Positions 1 through 8,638 of a DNA stretch of 53,852 nt are shown here, piece by piece. The notes under the pieces are model-generated. The model saw nothing but the letters and a program-made list of their open reading frames with translations, did no database searches and was not told the origin of the DNA. The DNA is from Clostridia bacterium (lineage in GTDB: Bacteria; Bacillota; Sulfobacillia; SLMV01): NCBI GenBank assembly GCA_003552525.1, contig PUNF01000189.1:1-53852 (forward strand), in the 5' to 3' direction. Position 1 is the stretch's first letter. Every line of letters starts with the position of its first letter. A program made the translations under genes and the position numbers.

Positions 1-810
1 CAGCCTCCGGTGGCGTGCAAAGCGCGCCTCCATTCCCTCGGCGAGGATATTCTTGAGGCTGACATTGAGCGCGGCGACCAGGTTCACTGCCGGGGTACCA
101 AAGTAGGCCGGCCCCCGACTCTCGTATGCTTCCATGATCGGCAACCACTGCTCAAAGTCCGCATAATAGCTGCCTACCGGCTCCGTTCGTGCATGGAAGA
201 CGGCCATGGCCTCGGGACTGACGGTCAGTAGGGCGAGGCCAGGGGGCACACCGATCGCCTTTTGCGACGCCGTAAGGTGCACATCCACGCCCCAATCCTC
301 CGTGAAGCATTCTGCGCCGGCCGTCCCACACACACCATCGAGAATGACCAGACAACCGGCATCCTTTGCGACACGCGCAATACCCTCCGCATCGGCGACT
401 ACGCCCGTCGATGTATCCACGTGGGTGATCGTGACGAGCTTGAACGCCCCCGCACCCAGTGCGTCGGAAACGGCTTCTGGGGTGGGAGCATCGCCCACGG
501 GTGCGGAGACATTTTCCACTTCCGCCCCGTAACGGCGCAGAATATCCCCCATGCGATCACTGAAATATCCGGAATTGACGGTGAGCGCGCGGTCCCCGAC
601 CTGGACCAGGTTGGATACCGCGGCATCCATCGCGAGGGTACCACTGCCCGCCAGAATGAAGGGCTGTGCGGATGGAGCCAGGAACACCTCCCGCATCAAC
701 TCGAGGGACTCTCCAAATATCTCGACAAAATCGGGTGCCACATGACTCGTCGTCGGTTCCGCCATCGCCGCCATCACATCCGGGCTAAATTCGATCGGCC
801 CGGGAATCAT
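1..810 (-). CDS. Class V PLP aminotransferase (alanine-glyoxylate / serine-pyruvate type); N-terminal 270 codons, 3' end runs off the window
   Basis: Absent from the supplied track because there is no stop in the window. Reverse translation from ATG 810..808 is open in frame to position 1. It reads MIPGPIEFSPDVMAAMAEPTTSHVAPDFVEIF..ILAGSGTLAMDAAVSNL..VTITHVDTSTGVV..LTASQKAIGVPPGLALL. SD GAAAGGA lies about 10 nt upstream. Confidence 0.8.
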   Translation of the reverse strand, partial: MIPGPIEFSPDVMAAMAEPTTSHVAPDFVEIFGESLELMREVFLAPSAQPFILAGSGTLAMDAAVSNLVQVGDRALTVNSGYFSDRMGDILRRYGAEVENVSAPVGDAPTPEAVSDALGAGAFKLVTITHVDTSTGVVADAEGIARVAKDAGCLVILDGVCGTAGAECFTEDWGVDVHLTASQKAIGVPPGLALLTVSPEAMAVFHARTEPVGSYYADFEQWLPIMEAYESRGPAYFGTPAVNLVAALNVSLKNILAEGMEARFARHRRL

Positions 811-885
811 CAACAGGTTTCGTCCTTTCAACTTGCCTTGCTCCTCTCCAGGATCACACCGCGGTGGGTCGTCCGCGGATATTCT

Positions 886-1548
886 TCACTCCTCGATAAC
901 CTTTCTCGCTACGTACCGGGTTCCCCTGTCACAAGGATGCAGCGTTCCGCCGGACATTTCCGCCAGCCATTCCTCAAGGTCCTCCTTTTCGTGACACGAG
1001 CTCCACACGGTTGCCCGGACATGGTCGAGATACTCGACGTCAATGGGTGCATGTCCACGCTCGTGAAGCCCGTACTCGAGGGTACCCCAAAGGGCATACG
1101 GCACGCGAAGTACCAGATCGTGCCCGCGCACGTATCTTGCGACCTTCGCCGCTCGAATGGCGCGTCGGCCGGCTTCCGAGTATGCACGGACCAGCCCGCC
1201 CTTGCCCAGCAGGGTGCCACCGAATATGCGGGTAACGATCACCAGTGTGTCCACGAGCCCCCGGCCACTCAAAAGGCTTAGTAGAGGCATACCCGCGGTC
1301 TTGGCGGGCTCCCCGTCATCCGAGTATCTTTCCCGGGATACTGCCTTTCCAATCCGATAGGCGTAAACATGGTGGCCCGCATCGGGATATCGCTCACCGT
1401 GTTCTCGAAGGTACCCGTCCACTTCACATTCGGCCCGCACGGGTACGGCCAATCCGAAGAACCGCGAACCACGCACCTTGATCTCGGATTCGCCGCGCCT
1501 CAAGAGTCCATTGTAGCTGTCGGGAAGGTTCTCGGATCGATCATCCAT
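886..1548 (-). CDS. yigZ: YigZ / IMPACT family protein (UPF0029)
   Basis: ORF 886..1599. Motifs KVRGSRFFG..HHVYAYRIG..YSDDGEPAKTAGMPLL and VIVTRIFGGTLLGKGGLVRAY are typical of YigZ. The likely start is ATG 1548, which forms an ATGGATGA overlap with the stop of the upstream MFS gene. Confidence 0.8.
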   Translation of the reverse strand: MDDRSENLPDSYNGLLRRGESEIKVRGSRFFGLAVPVRAECEVDGYLREHGERYPDAGHHVYAYRIGKAVSRERYSDDGEPAKTAGMPLLSLLSGRGLVDTLVIVTRIFGGTLLGKGGLVRAYSEAGRRAIRAAKVARYVRGHDLVLRVPYALWGTLEYGLHERGHAPIDVEYLDHVRATVWSSCHEKEDLEEWLAEMSGGTLHPCDRGTRYVARKVIEE

Positions 1549-2785
1549 GTGACCCCTCCTCCGTTGTTGCGCCGCCCGAGAAACGCCAGTAGAGTACACC
1601 GGCCCCCGTCACGAGCACGGCTGCTGCACCAAAAAAGCTCCACGCGAGTCCCAGGTAGCCGACCACCATACCGAGGGCGACGGGACCGACGAACTGCACG
1701 AAACGGTTCCCGGTAAGCCGAAGCCCCATCGCCAGTCCGCGATGGCGCTCATCCGCACCCTCCGCCATCATGATCATGCTGATCGGCTGCGTTAGCGCGG
1801 TCGTGGTCCCCCCGAGCCCGGCCAGGAACAACAACGGGGCCAGGGCGACGGCGAAGGGTGTGGCACCGATGGCGACGGCTCCGATCAGTAACACGCCCTG
1901 CACGGTTCGCCTCGCCCCGAGGCTCCCCACGAGATAACCGAGGGCCGGGCGAACGATCAGCGCGGACATCTGTCGAACCGATCCCAGTAGTCCAATGGCG
2001 CCATCCGAGTACCCGATTGACTGGAGGAAGACCGGGTAGAAGCTCGTGTTGATCGAGAATGCACCCAGCGCACATCCGCTGATGATAATCGACATCTGGG
2101 CGCGCGGATCGCGAAGCAGGCGTCCGGCGACCCGCAGCAGCTCCCGTGGCTTTTCCGTCGCTGCAACCGCCCCCTTTCCGCCCGATACATGTCGGGCACC
2201 GGAAGCGGGTAAACGTCGGCTGATCAGCGCGGCGGCGAGCCCCGCGATTCCCACCCCAGCGAAGGCGACAGTCCGGCCGAGGATGTCAGAGACCAAACCA
2301 CCCAGCAATGGTCCCACCAACTGCCCGGCCGCCGTCGCAAAACCAAAGACGGCGAAATCATTGGCCCGGCTGCGGTCCGTACCAATGGCCGCGACATACG
2401 ATTGACTGGCCACGACGACCAATACATTGGCGACCCCCGCGAGCATGGTAGCCACGGTTACCGCGAGTATGGTCGGGTGAAAAATGAGTAGGTAGGCAGA
2501 GAGTCCTTCGATCCCACATCCCACCAGGATCGTAACCCGGGCACCGAGACGATCGATGAAGACACCACCGGGGAGTGCGATGAAGAGCGGAAACAGCGCG
2601 TATGTCGATACCACAAGTCCGGTGATTTCCGGGGTTGCGCCGAGGTTTGAAAGATGCAGGGGGATCAGGAGCCGCGGCATCGTGGCACCGGCAAAATGCA
2701 CGGCAGCCACGATGCATATGAATAGCAATCTGCGGTCCACATCCCCGAAAAGAACTTGTGATACCCGGTGCAGCGGGCGTTTCAA
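1541..2785 (-). CDS. MFS transporter
   Basis: ORF 1541..2956 is hydrophobic and multi-TM throughout. The 5' 170 nt of that ORF overlap the HAD gene. TTG 2785 is preceded by GGGAGGG at about 9 nt and sits just before TM1 (RRLLFICIVAAVHFAG). Confidence 0.72.
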   Translation of the reverse strand: MKRPLHRVSQVLFGDVDRRLLFICIVAAVHFAGATMPRLLIPLHLSNLGATPEITGLVVSTYALFPLFIALPGGVFIDRLGARVTILVGCGIEGLSAYLLIFHPTILAVTVATMLAGVANVLVVVASQSYVAAIGTDRSRANDFAVFGFATAAGQLVGPLLGGLVSDILGRTVAFAGVGIAGLAAALISRRLPASGARHVSGGKGAVAATEKPRELLRVAGRLLRDPRAQMSIIISGCALGAFSINTSFYPVFLQSIGYSDGAIGLLGSVRQMSALIVRPALGYLVGSLGARRTVQGVLLIGAVAIGATPFAVALAPLLFLAGLGGTTTALTQPISMIMMAEGADERHRGLAMGLRLTGNRFVQFVGPVALGMVVGYLGLAWSFFGAAAVLVTGAGVLYWRFSGGATTEEGSHG

Positions 2786-2789
2786 GCGG

Positions 2790-3596
2790 TTAGCCCTCCC
2801 TACAGAAATGCTCCCGTACCACATCCAACACGCCAGCCGCATACGGCGCCTCCGTGACACGATCCGCGCGAGACCACAGGGACTCCGAAGCGTTGGCCAC
2901 GAGCACCCCGAGGCCCGCCACGTCGAGCATGTCCAGGTCACCGAATCCATCGCCAATCGCTACGAGCTCACGCAACGGGCGGCCGAGTCGGTCCGCAAGA
3001 AGGGCGAGTGCAGAGCCCTTGGAGGCATCGGGCGGAAGGATCTCGACGAGCGACGGGAGCGTGCGCAGGATGATGGCCCGGGGACCGAGGCTATCGGAAA
3101 GATACGCGTCGACGCCATCCTCATCCTCGACTGGCGTCCGAATGGCGATCGCGTGAACGCCGTCAGGATCTGGATCTTCCCAGACAACAATCGGCTCCTC
3201 GAGGATTCGCGCATATCGGGCGGTATCCGCGTGCTCCCGGGTTGCCCAGGTGCCCTCTCCTCGATACACGTACGCCCCGAGGCCACGGGTTGCCACTTCT
3301 TTCAACACCTCACGCACGACTTCTGGGTCGAGGAACAAATCCCGGATCGGTGTCCCACTTGCATCGCGGATGACTGCCCCCGAATTCGCGACGACGGGTC
3401 CCCGAATACCGAGGCGCCGGGCGAAGAGCTGGGCCGATGCATATGGCCGGCCCGTGGCTAACACGGCTACGCCCCCACAGCGCTGCACAAGTGACACCGC
3501 GGTCCGGGCCGTGCTGCCGACCTCACGCCCGGGTCCAAGCAGGGTATCATCGAGGTCCAATGCCACCCAGGAATACCTGTTCGAGGTCATCTCCAT
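2790..3596 (-). CDS. Cof-type HAD-IIB family hydrolase
   Basis: N-terminal motif WVALDLDDTLL, followed by ATGRPY and the C-terminal GDGFGDLDML HAD motifs. The start is ATG 3596, or ATG 3590 as an ATGA overlap with the upstream stop; the track ORF extends to 3716. Confidence 0.8.
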   Translation of the reverse strand: MEMTSNRYSWVALDLDDTLLGPGREVGSTARTAVSLVQRCGGVAVLATGRPYASAQLFARRLGIRGPVVANSGAVIRDASGTPIRDLFLDPEVVREVLKEVATRGLGAYVYRGEGTWATREHADTARYARILEEPIVVWEDPDPDGVHAIAIRTPVEDEDGVDAYLSDSLGPRAIILRTLPSLVEILPPDASKGSALALLADRLGRPLRELVAIGDGFGDLDMLDVAGLGVLVANASESLWSRADRVTEAPYAAGVLDVVREHFCREG

Positions 3597-4462
3597 CCCC
3601 CCAGGAGCCGCCACAAGCGTCCATCGAGCCCGGAATCCACCTCGGCATCTTCGATCCCATGCTGCACGGCAAAGGCGCGTAGGACACCCCTCAACTCCCG
3701 TGTGGAGTCCGGCCACCGGTCATCGAAGAAGCCCGCCGACGTGAGCATCCTCAGTACCAATGCCTCGCGTTCTTCATTCCAAGGAATGTGATCGACGCGG
3801 GTGGTCTTGTGAAAGGTCCGTTTGAACAGTTCCCAGACCCTGTTCAACTCCCCGAGCGGCTCCGGGTGATCATCGACACGGAGATCGCTGAACCGATCAT
3901 CGAGCCCTCCGTATCCGCCTCCTACCTCGACGACCAAAAGTGCCGCGGATTGCCGCCCTCGCCGATCACCACCGGCATGTTCAGCGGCGTGTAAACCGGC
4001 CAGCATTCGGTCGGCCAGTTGCCCCTTGGCATCCCGATAGGCGGCCATCATCTCGTCGAGCACCTCGGACCGGGCCAGGATATTTCCCTGGCAACTCACC
4101 CCATCATCCACGAGGTGGCCGGCCCATGGTTGGCATTCTCCACCGGTGTGTGCCGCGGGCACACCGGTGGCATCGACAAGCGCGACCTGCCGGCCCGCGG
4201 GGTGGTCGTCGGCATCCAGAAGTTGACGCAATACGTTCGCTGCCTGGCACCCTTCGGCGAGATGCTCGAGAGCCCTCGGGCCGAAGGCGGGGTTGGCGCG
4301 CGCCTGTGTGGCCACCGCACCCACGCCTGCGCGTGCCCAGGGAACAATCCAACCGGAGGCGAGAAAGCGAGAGGCGACCCCGACGCCCCACTGCCCGTCA
4401 TCCGGGTCATGTGCCACGATAGAATAGGTCCCAATGTTTTCACGGGTACTGTCACTGTACAC
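3587..4462 (-). CDS. DUF1028 family protein (Ntn-hydrolase-like) with a C-terminal peptidoglycan-binding-like tail
   Basis: GTYSIVAHD..GVGVASRF..GVGAVATQA..QGN..AGGDRRGRQSAALLV matches the DUF1028 pattern. GTG start at 4462 with GGGAAAGG upstream. Confidence 0.7.
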   Translation of the reverse strand: MYSDSTRENIGTYSIVAHDPDDGQWGVGVASRFLASGWIVPWARAGVGAVATQARANPAFGPRALEHLAEGCQAANVLRQLLDADDHPAGRQVALVDATGVPAAHTGGECQPWAGHLVDDGVSCQGNILARSEVLDEMMAAYRDAKGQLADRMLAGLHAAEHAGGDRRGRQSAALLVVEVGGGYGGLDDRFSDLRVDDHPEPLGELNRVWELFKRTFHKTTRVDHIPWNEEREALVLRMLTSAGFFDDRWPDSTRELRGVLRAFAVQHGIEDAEVDSGLDGRLWRLLGGWR

Positions 4463-4487
4463 GACAACACTGCCTTTCCCGATACAC

Positions 4488-5669
4488 TCAGTCTTCTGCC
4501 ATCTGCGTCGCTGGATGCATCGCGGGCTTATGGGCCGGCATGAAACGGGTATAGACCACGACGATGAGCGTGAGAGCGGCCCCCATGATGAACGTCGCCC
4601 GGTAGTTCACGACATCCCACAGGATGCCGCCCACGATCGGAACGATCAACCCGAGAATATGGTTTATGGTGCTGCCCAGGGCGAGGCTGGACGCCATGTC
4701 GGGGGGCCGCGCAATGTCGTCGAGGTGTACGCTGATGGCCACCTCCATGGATGCGACCAGGGCATCGATGCAATACGCGATGTAGAGGATCCCAAGCACG
4801 GGTACGAACGCGTACACCAACGCGGTACCGGTAGCCACCGCATAGCCCCATCGAATGGTCACGGCGGTGCCGAAACGATCGACGACGCGCCCGATGGCCG
4901 GGCGCACGTACATGCCCAGGGCATGACTGACGCCCATGAGGATGGCAGTCGTCTGCACGTTCATCCCATATTCTCGAACCATGAGAAAGACCGCGAAGGT
5001 GAAGAAGATGTGTCTTTGTGATGCCGTGAGCAGGCGAAGCACATAGTATGACATGTATTCTCGCCGATAGACGAAGCGATCGACGCGCGGCCTATTCTTC
5101 TCCGCGGTGCCGGCGCGCATGAGCATCAGGACGCCACCCGCCAGCGCGAGGATTGCCGCACCCCAGAAGATGGTGCGGTAGTAAGCGACATCGGCCGTGA
5201 GTTCGGCGATGCCGAACACCAATCCGACTGCCAGCAGGGAAGCCGCCGCCTGGGCACCGGAGAACTGTCCCATGCGCCGGCCCTTCTCCCCCGCTTTTGA
5301 CAGGGATAGCACCATGGCTGCCTGCACCGGACCGAGCACGTGAAAACCGATGGAAAGGATCACGACGGCCAAGAGGAGCCCGGACAGATCACCGACGATT
5401 CCAAAGAGGAATAACCCGACTGCAACCACCAGCCCGCTCAACCCGACGACCACGGATTGGCGCAAGAAGGCGATGGATGCGATCAAGATCACCGTGAACA
5501 ACCCGGGAACTTCACGGATCGATCCGGCCAGCCCGACCTCCGAGGGCAAAAGGCCGAGGATATCGTGGGCGAAGTTATTGAAGGTCGTCCGCTGCAGACC
5601 CAAGGCGAGCTGAATGAGAAATACCGCAAGGAAGAGGACGAGGAGATCGCTACGCATCTCCCCCATCAT
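4488..5669 (-). CDS. MFS transporter
   Basis: The lower 394 codons of track ORF 4488..6350 are hydrophobic (about 12 TM segments, loop GEKGRRMGQFSGAQ). The upper part of that ORF overlaps queT in another frame and is Arg/Pro-rich junk. Candidate starts are ATG ATG at 5669/5666. Confidence 0.72.
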   Translation of the reverse strand: MMGEMRSDLLVLFLAVFLIQLALGLQRTTFNNFAHDILGLLPSEVGLAGSIREVPGLFTVILIASIAFLRQSVVVGLSGLVVAVGLFLFGIVGDLSGLLLAVVILSIGFHVLGPVQAAMVLSLSKAGEKGRRMGQFSGAQAAASLLAVGLVFGIAELTADVAYYRTIFWGAAILALAGGVLMLMRAGTAEKNRPRVDRFVYRREYMSYYVLRLLTASQRHIFFTFAVFLMVREYGMNVQTTAILMGVSHALGMYVRPAIGRVVDRFGTAVTIRWGYAVATGTALVYAFVPVLGILYIAYCIDALVASMEVAISVHLDDIARPPDMASSLALGSTINHILGLIVPIVGGILWDVVNYRATFIMGAALTLIVVVYTRFMPAHKPAMHPATQMAED

Positions 5670-5752
5670 CCGGGCGAACCAGCGACCGCTTTTCGACGAC
5701 ACCCGTTTCCATCTCCCATCGACGCACCATACATGCGTGCGCGAAATCTGTG

Positions 5753-6235
5753 TCAATAACGCCGCTGAAGCCCCAGCCGGGGCCCGAGACGAGTCAGCAA
5801 CAGGTGGAGCATTCCCCCAAGGCCTGCCACGGAGATGGTCTGCCCGAAAAGAATCTGTCCCACAAATACAAGGTAGGGAATGCCAAACAAAAAGGATAGG
5901 TATGCGCTCACGCCAAATGCATTCAACAGGATCGGTGGCATGACCCCGGGCAAGAATCGACCCAGCCGGTGCGTCAACCATGCGGCGACGAGGGTGATGA
6001 AGCTGCCCCCGAATACGTCCCACGGTCCGAGTCCCCCGAGCAGGTTGGCGAAGAAGCATCCCAGGAAGAGCCCCGGGACCGCGGCCGCTTCGAACAAGGG
6101 TAGAATGGCCAGCGCTTCCGCCACGCGGACCTGGCCCGGGCCGAAGGAAATCGGGCGGAAGACATATACCAGTACGACGTAAAGTGCCGCGATCAGGGAG
6201 GCCCGGACCAAGTAGCGCGTTCCCGCGTTTCTCAA
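5753..6235 (-). CDS. queT: Queuosine-precursor transporter QueT (ECF-type S component family)
   Basis: SLIAALYVVLVYVFRPISFGPGQVRVAEALAILP..FFANLLGGLGPWDVFGG closely follows my recollection of the QueT family pattern (AALYV..isFGpiQ.R.sE). TTG start at 6235 overlaps the ftsK TGA (TTGA). A GAGGAGGAGGAG run lies upstream. Confidence 0.75.
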   Translation of the reverse strand: MRNAGTRYLVRASLIAALYVVLVYVFRPISFGPGQVRVAEALAILPLFEAAAVPGLFLGCFFANLLGGLGPWDVFGGSFITLVAAWLTHRLGRFLPGVMPPILLNAFGVSAYLSFLFGIPYLVFVGQILFGQTISVAGLGGMLHLLLTRLGPRLGLQRRY

Positions 6236-8583
6236 GACTCCTCCTCCTCGCCTGCTGCGGCATCCTTGGTGTCATCACGTTCGGCACGATACTGCGAACG
6301 GGTGAGGAGCACCTCGCGGGGTTTGGATCCCTGGTACGGACCCACAACACCCATGTTCTCCATGGTATCCATCAATCGTCCGGCACGCGTGTAGCCGACG
6401 CGAAGCCGGCGTTGCAGCATCGAGACGGACGCCTCACCCGCCTCGAGCACGACCTCGACCGCCTCATCGAGCTTGGGATCGCTCGCATCACCGGAGTCGG
6501 CCGACCCGCCCTCCGAATCGGCCGCTTCCGCGGCTTCGATCACCTCGCTTCGATACTCGGGATCCTCCTGTTGACGTGCATAGTCGAGCAGGCGTTCGAG
6601 GTCATCATCCGACAGGAAGCTGCCCTGGGCCCGGATGGCCCGATCTCGTCCCACCGGGGAGAACAACATGTCTCCGTGTCCCAGCAGTTTCTCGGCACCA
6701 CCGGCATCGAGGATGGTACGCGAGTCGGCGGAGGAGGATACGGCGAAAGCAACCCGCGACGGGATATTGGCCTTTATGACACCGGTGATCACGTCTACCG
6801 ACGGACGCTGCGTGGCGACCACGAGGTGAATACCGGCGGCTCGCGCCATCTGGGCGAGCCGTTGTATGGCATCCTCGACGTCCACCCGGGCCACCATCAT
6901 CAGGTCCGCGAGCTCGTCGATGATGATCACGATGCGGGGAATGGTAGGTTCGCCGCGATCGCGCGCGCGACGATTGTACGCGGGAAGATCGCGCACACCC
7001 CGCTCGGCGAAGTGTCGATAGCGTCGCTCCATCTCCTTGACCGCCCAGGTCAAACAACCCGCAGCCTTCTTGGCGTCGGTGACCACCGGCGCCAAAAGAT
7101 GTGGCAATCCGTCGTAGGTCATGAACTCGACCACCTTGGGATCGATCAACAAAAGCTTTACCTGGTCGGGTCTTGCGCGCATGAGGATGCTGGCGATGAC
7201 ACAGCGAATGGATATGCTCTTACCAGAACCGGTTGCGCCGGCGATGAGCACATGCAACAGGTCCTCGAGGCTTACCACGAGTGGCCGTCCGGTGATGTCA
7301 GCCCCGAGGGCGACACTGAGAAGGCTTTCGTGTTCCAAAAACTCGCGACTTTCCACGATCTCGCGGAGCGTAACCGAGGCCACCTCGCTGTTGGGGACCT
7401 CGATACCGACCGCGGACTTGCCCGGGACCGGCGCCACCACGCGCACCCCGGTGGTCGCCATACTGAGGGCGATATCGTCGGCAAGGGATACGATCTGGGA
7501 AACCTTTACGCCCGGCCCAGGATGAATGTCAAACCGCGTAACGGTAGGCCCGTGGCTGATCTCGAGGACGCGGGCTCGGATCCCGAAGTCCTTCAACGTG
7601 GATTCGAGCAACCTCGCCTTGCGGTTCAATTCACTACGCGTATTGTCACCCAATTCCCGTCCCCCGCTTCCGCGGCTGATTAGGGTGGCCGGGGGTAGTC
7701 GATATTTCGTGGAAGAAGGCGTCTCGCGGGCTTCCGCACCGACGGGCAGCGTGTCCTCGCTTTTGGTCGCGGTACCCGCCGACGGCGCGGGCTTTGCAGT
7801 ACCGGTGCGGCCCGCCTTATCGCCGTTGGTTTTCGCGGTCGTCGATGGACGGGACGCCTCATCATCTCGCCCCGGTTCCTCTTCACCCCGGGTTGTATCC
7901 CCGGGGTACGTACGGATGGCCACCTCGCGCGTAGCGTCGGAGGCGTCCCGGCCTCCTCGCTTGCGGGACACACCCGTTGTTGCAGCTTGACTCTCTCCCC
8001 GCCTGGAATCGCCCACTCCGCCCGTGACGCGCGCGAGCAAGCCTTTCGCGGTCTCCAGGGTGGCGGCGCCGATGCGCATCCCGGGTACATTGACGAGAAG
8101 GAGCGCGGCCACCAGCGCACCCGAGAATAGGATAACCGACCGCCCCACGGGCCCAAAAGCCGCCGTCAGGGCCCATGCCAGGCCGGCACCCACGTAGCCA
8201 CCCCCATCCCGCACGAGATCGAGGGTGAAAGGGGGCTGGCTGCTCCGGGCCACCTGGTAGAAAACGGCGGCCACCAACCCACCCAGCGCCAACCCCCCGA
8301 CGCGCGGTAGTAGCCGATCCGCCGCGACGTTCATGACCCACGCGAGGCCCGTCACCGTCACCAGTACCGGCAAGACCCAGGCCGCACGCCCCAGGGCGGT
8401 GGTCATGAGCAAGCGCAGTGCTTCTCCGATGAATCCCGGCGCGGGATGATATAGGGCCAGGAACAACAGCGCGCTCAACGCCAGGGTAATCAGTCCCTGG
8501 ATCTCCGTCCGCACACCCCGATCTACGTTCCAGTTGTCGGATCCTTTGGCCTTTTGCCCCTTGCCCTTTTTCCGGGCTGCCAT
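6232..8583 (-). CDS. ftsK: DNA translocase FtsK/SpoIIIE
   Basis: N-terminal TM segments, a Pro/Thr/Ala-rich linker, Walker A GATGSGKS, IIIDELADLMM, and a C-terminal winged-helix gamma domain (SVSMLQRRLRVGYTRAGRLMDTME). Confidence 0.95.
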   Translation of the reverse strand: MAARKKGKGQKAKGSDNWNVDRGVRTEIQGLITLALSALLFLALYHPAPGFIGEALRLLMTTALGRAAWVLPVLVTVTGLAWVMNVAADRLLPRVGGLALGGLVAAVFYQVARSSQPPFTLDLVRDGGGYVGAGLAWALTAAFGPVGRSVILFSGALVAALLLVNVPGMRIGAATLETAKGLLARVTGGVGDSRRGESQAATTGVSRKRGGRDASDATREVAIRTYPGDTTRGEEEPGRDDEASRPSTTAKTNGDKAGRTGTAKPAPSAGTATKSEDTLPVGAEARETPSSTKYRLPPATLISRGSGGRELGDNTRSELNRKARLLESTLKDFGIRARVLEISHGPTVTRFDIHPGPGVKVSQIVSLADDIALSMATTGVRVVAPVPGKSAVGIEVPNSEVASVTLREIVESREFLEHESLLSVALGADITGRPLVVSLEDLLHVLIAGATGSGKSISIRCVIASILMRARPDQVKLLLIDPKVVEFMTYDGLPHLLAPVVTDAKKAAGCLTWAVKEMERRYRHFAERGVRDLPAYNRRARDRGEPTIPRIVIIIDELADLMMVARVDVEDAIQRLAQMARAAGIHLVVATQRPSVDVITGVIKANIPSRVAFAVSSSADSRTILDAGGAEKLLGHGDMLFSPVGRDRAIRAQGSFLSDDDLERLLDYARQQEDPEYRSEVIEAAEAADSEGGSADSGDASDPKLDEAVEVVLEAGEASVSMLQRRLRVGYTRAGRLMDTMENMGVVGPYQGSKPREVLLTRSQYRAERDDTKDAAAGEEEES

Positions 8584-8638
8584 GCAATCCCTCCACGCTT
8601 CGGCACTCTTTCGTCAGCTGATCGGTTTCGTATCCTCG

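Noticed and set aside
262-1281. 339-aa plus-strand ORF
   Set aside because: It is antisense to the class V aminotransferase and YigZ genes. The product is Arg/Pro/His-rich with no motifs, a typical high-GC shadow ORF.
5670-6350. N-terminal 227 codons of the 620-aa ORF 4488..6350
   Set aside because: This part overlaps queT in another frame and reads as Arg/Pro-rich junk. The MFS hydrophobic core starts only near 5669.
6184-7683. 499-aa plus-strand ORF
   Set aside because: It lies entirely antisense to ftsK, which has unambiguous motifs. The sequence is low-complexity and Arg/Gly/His-rich.
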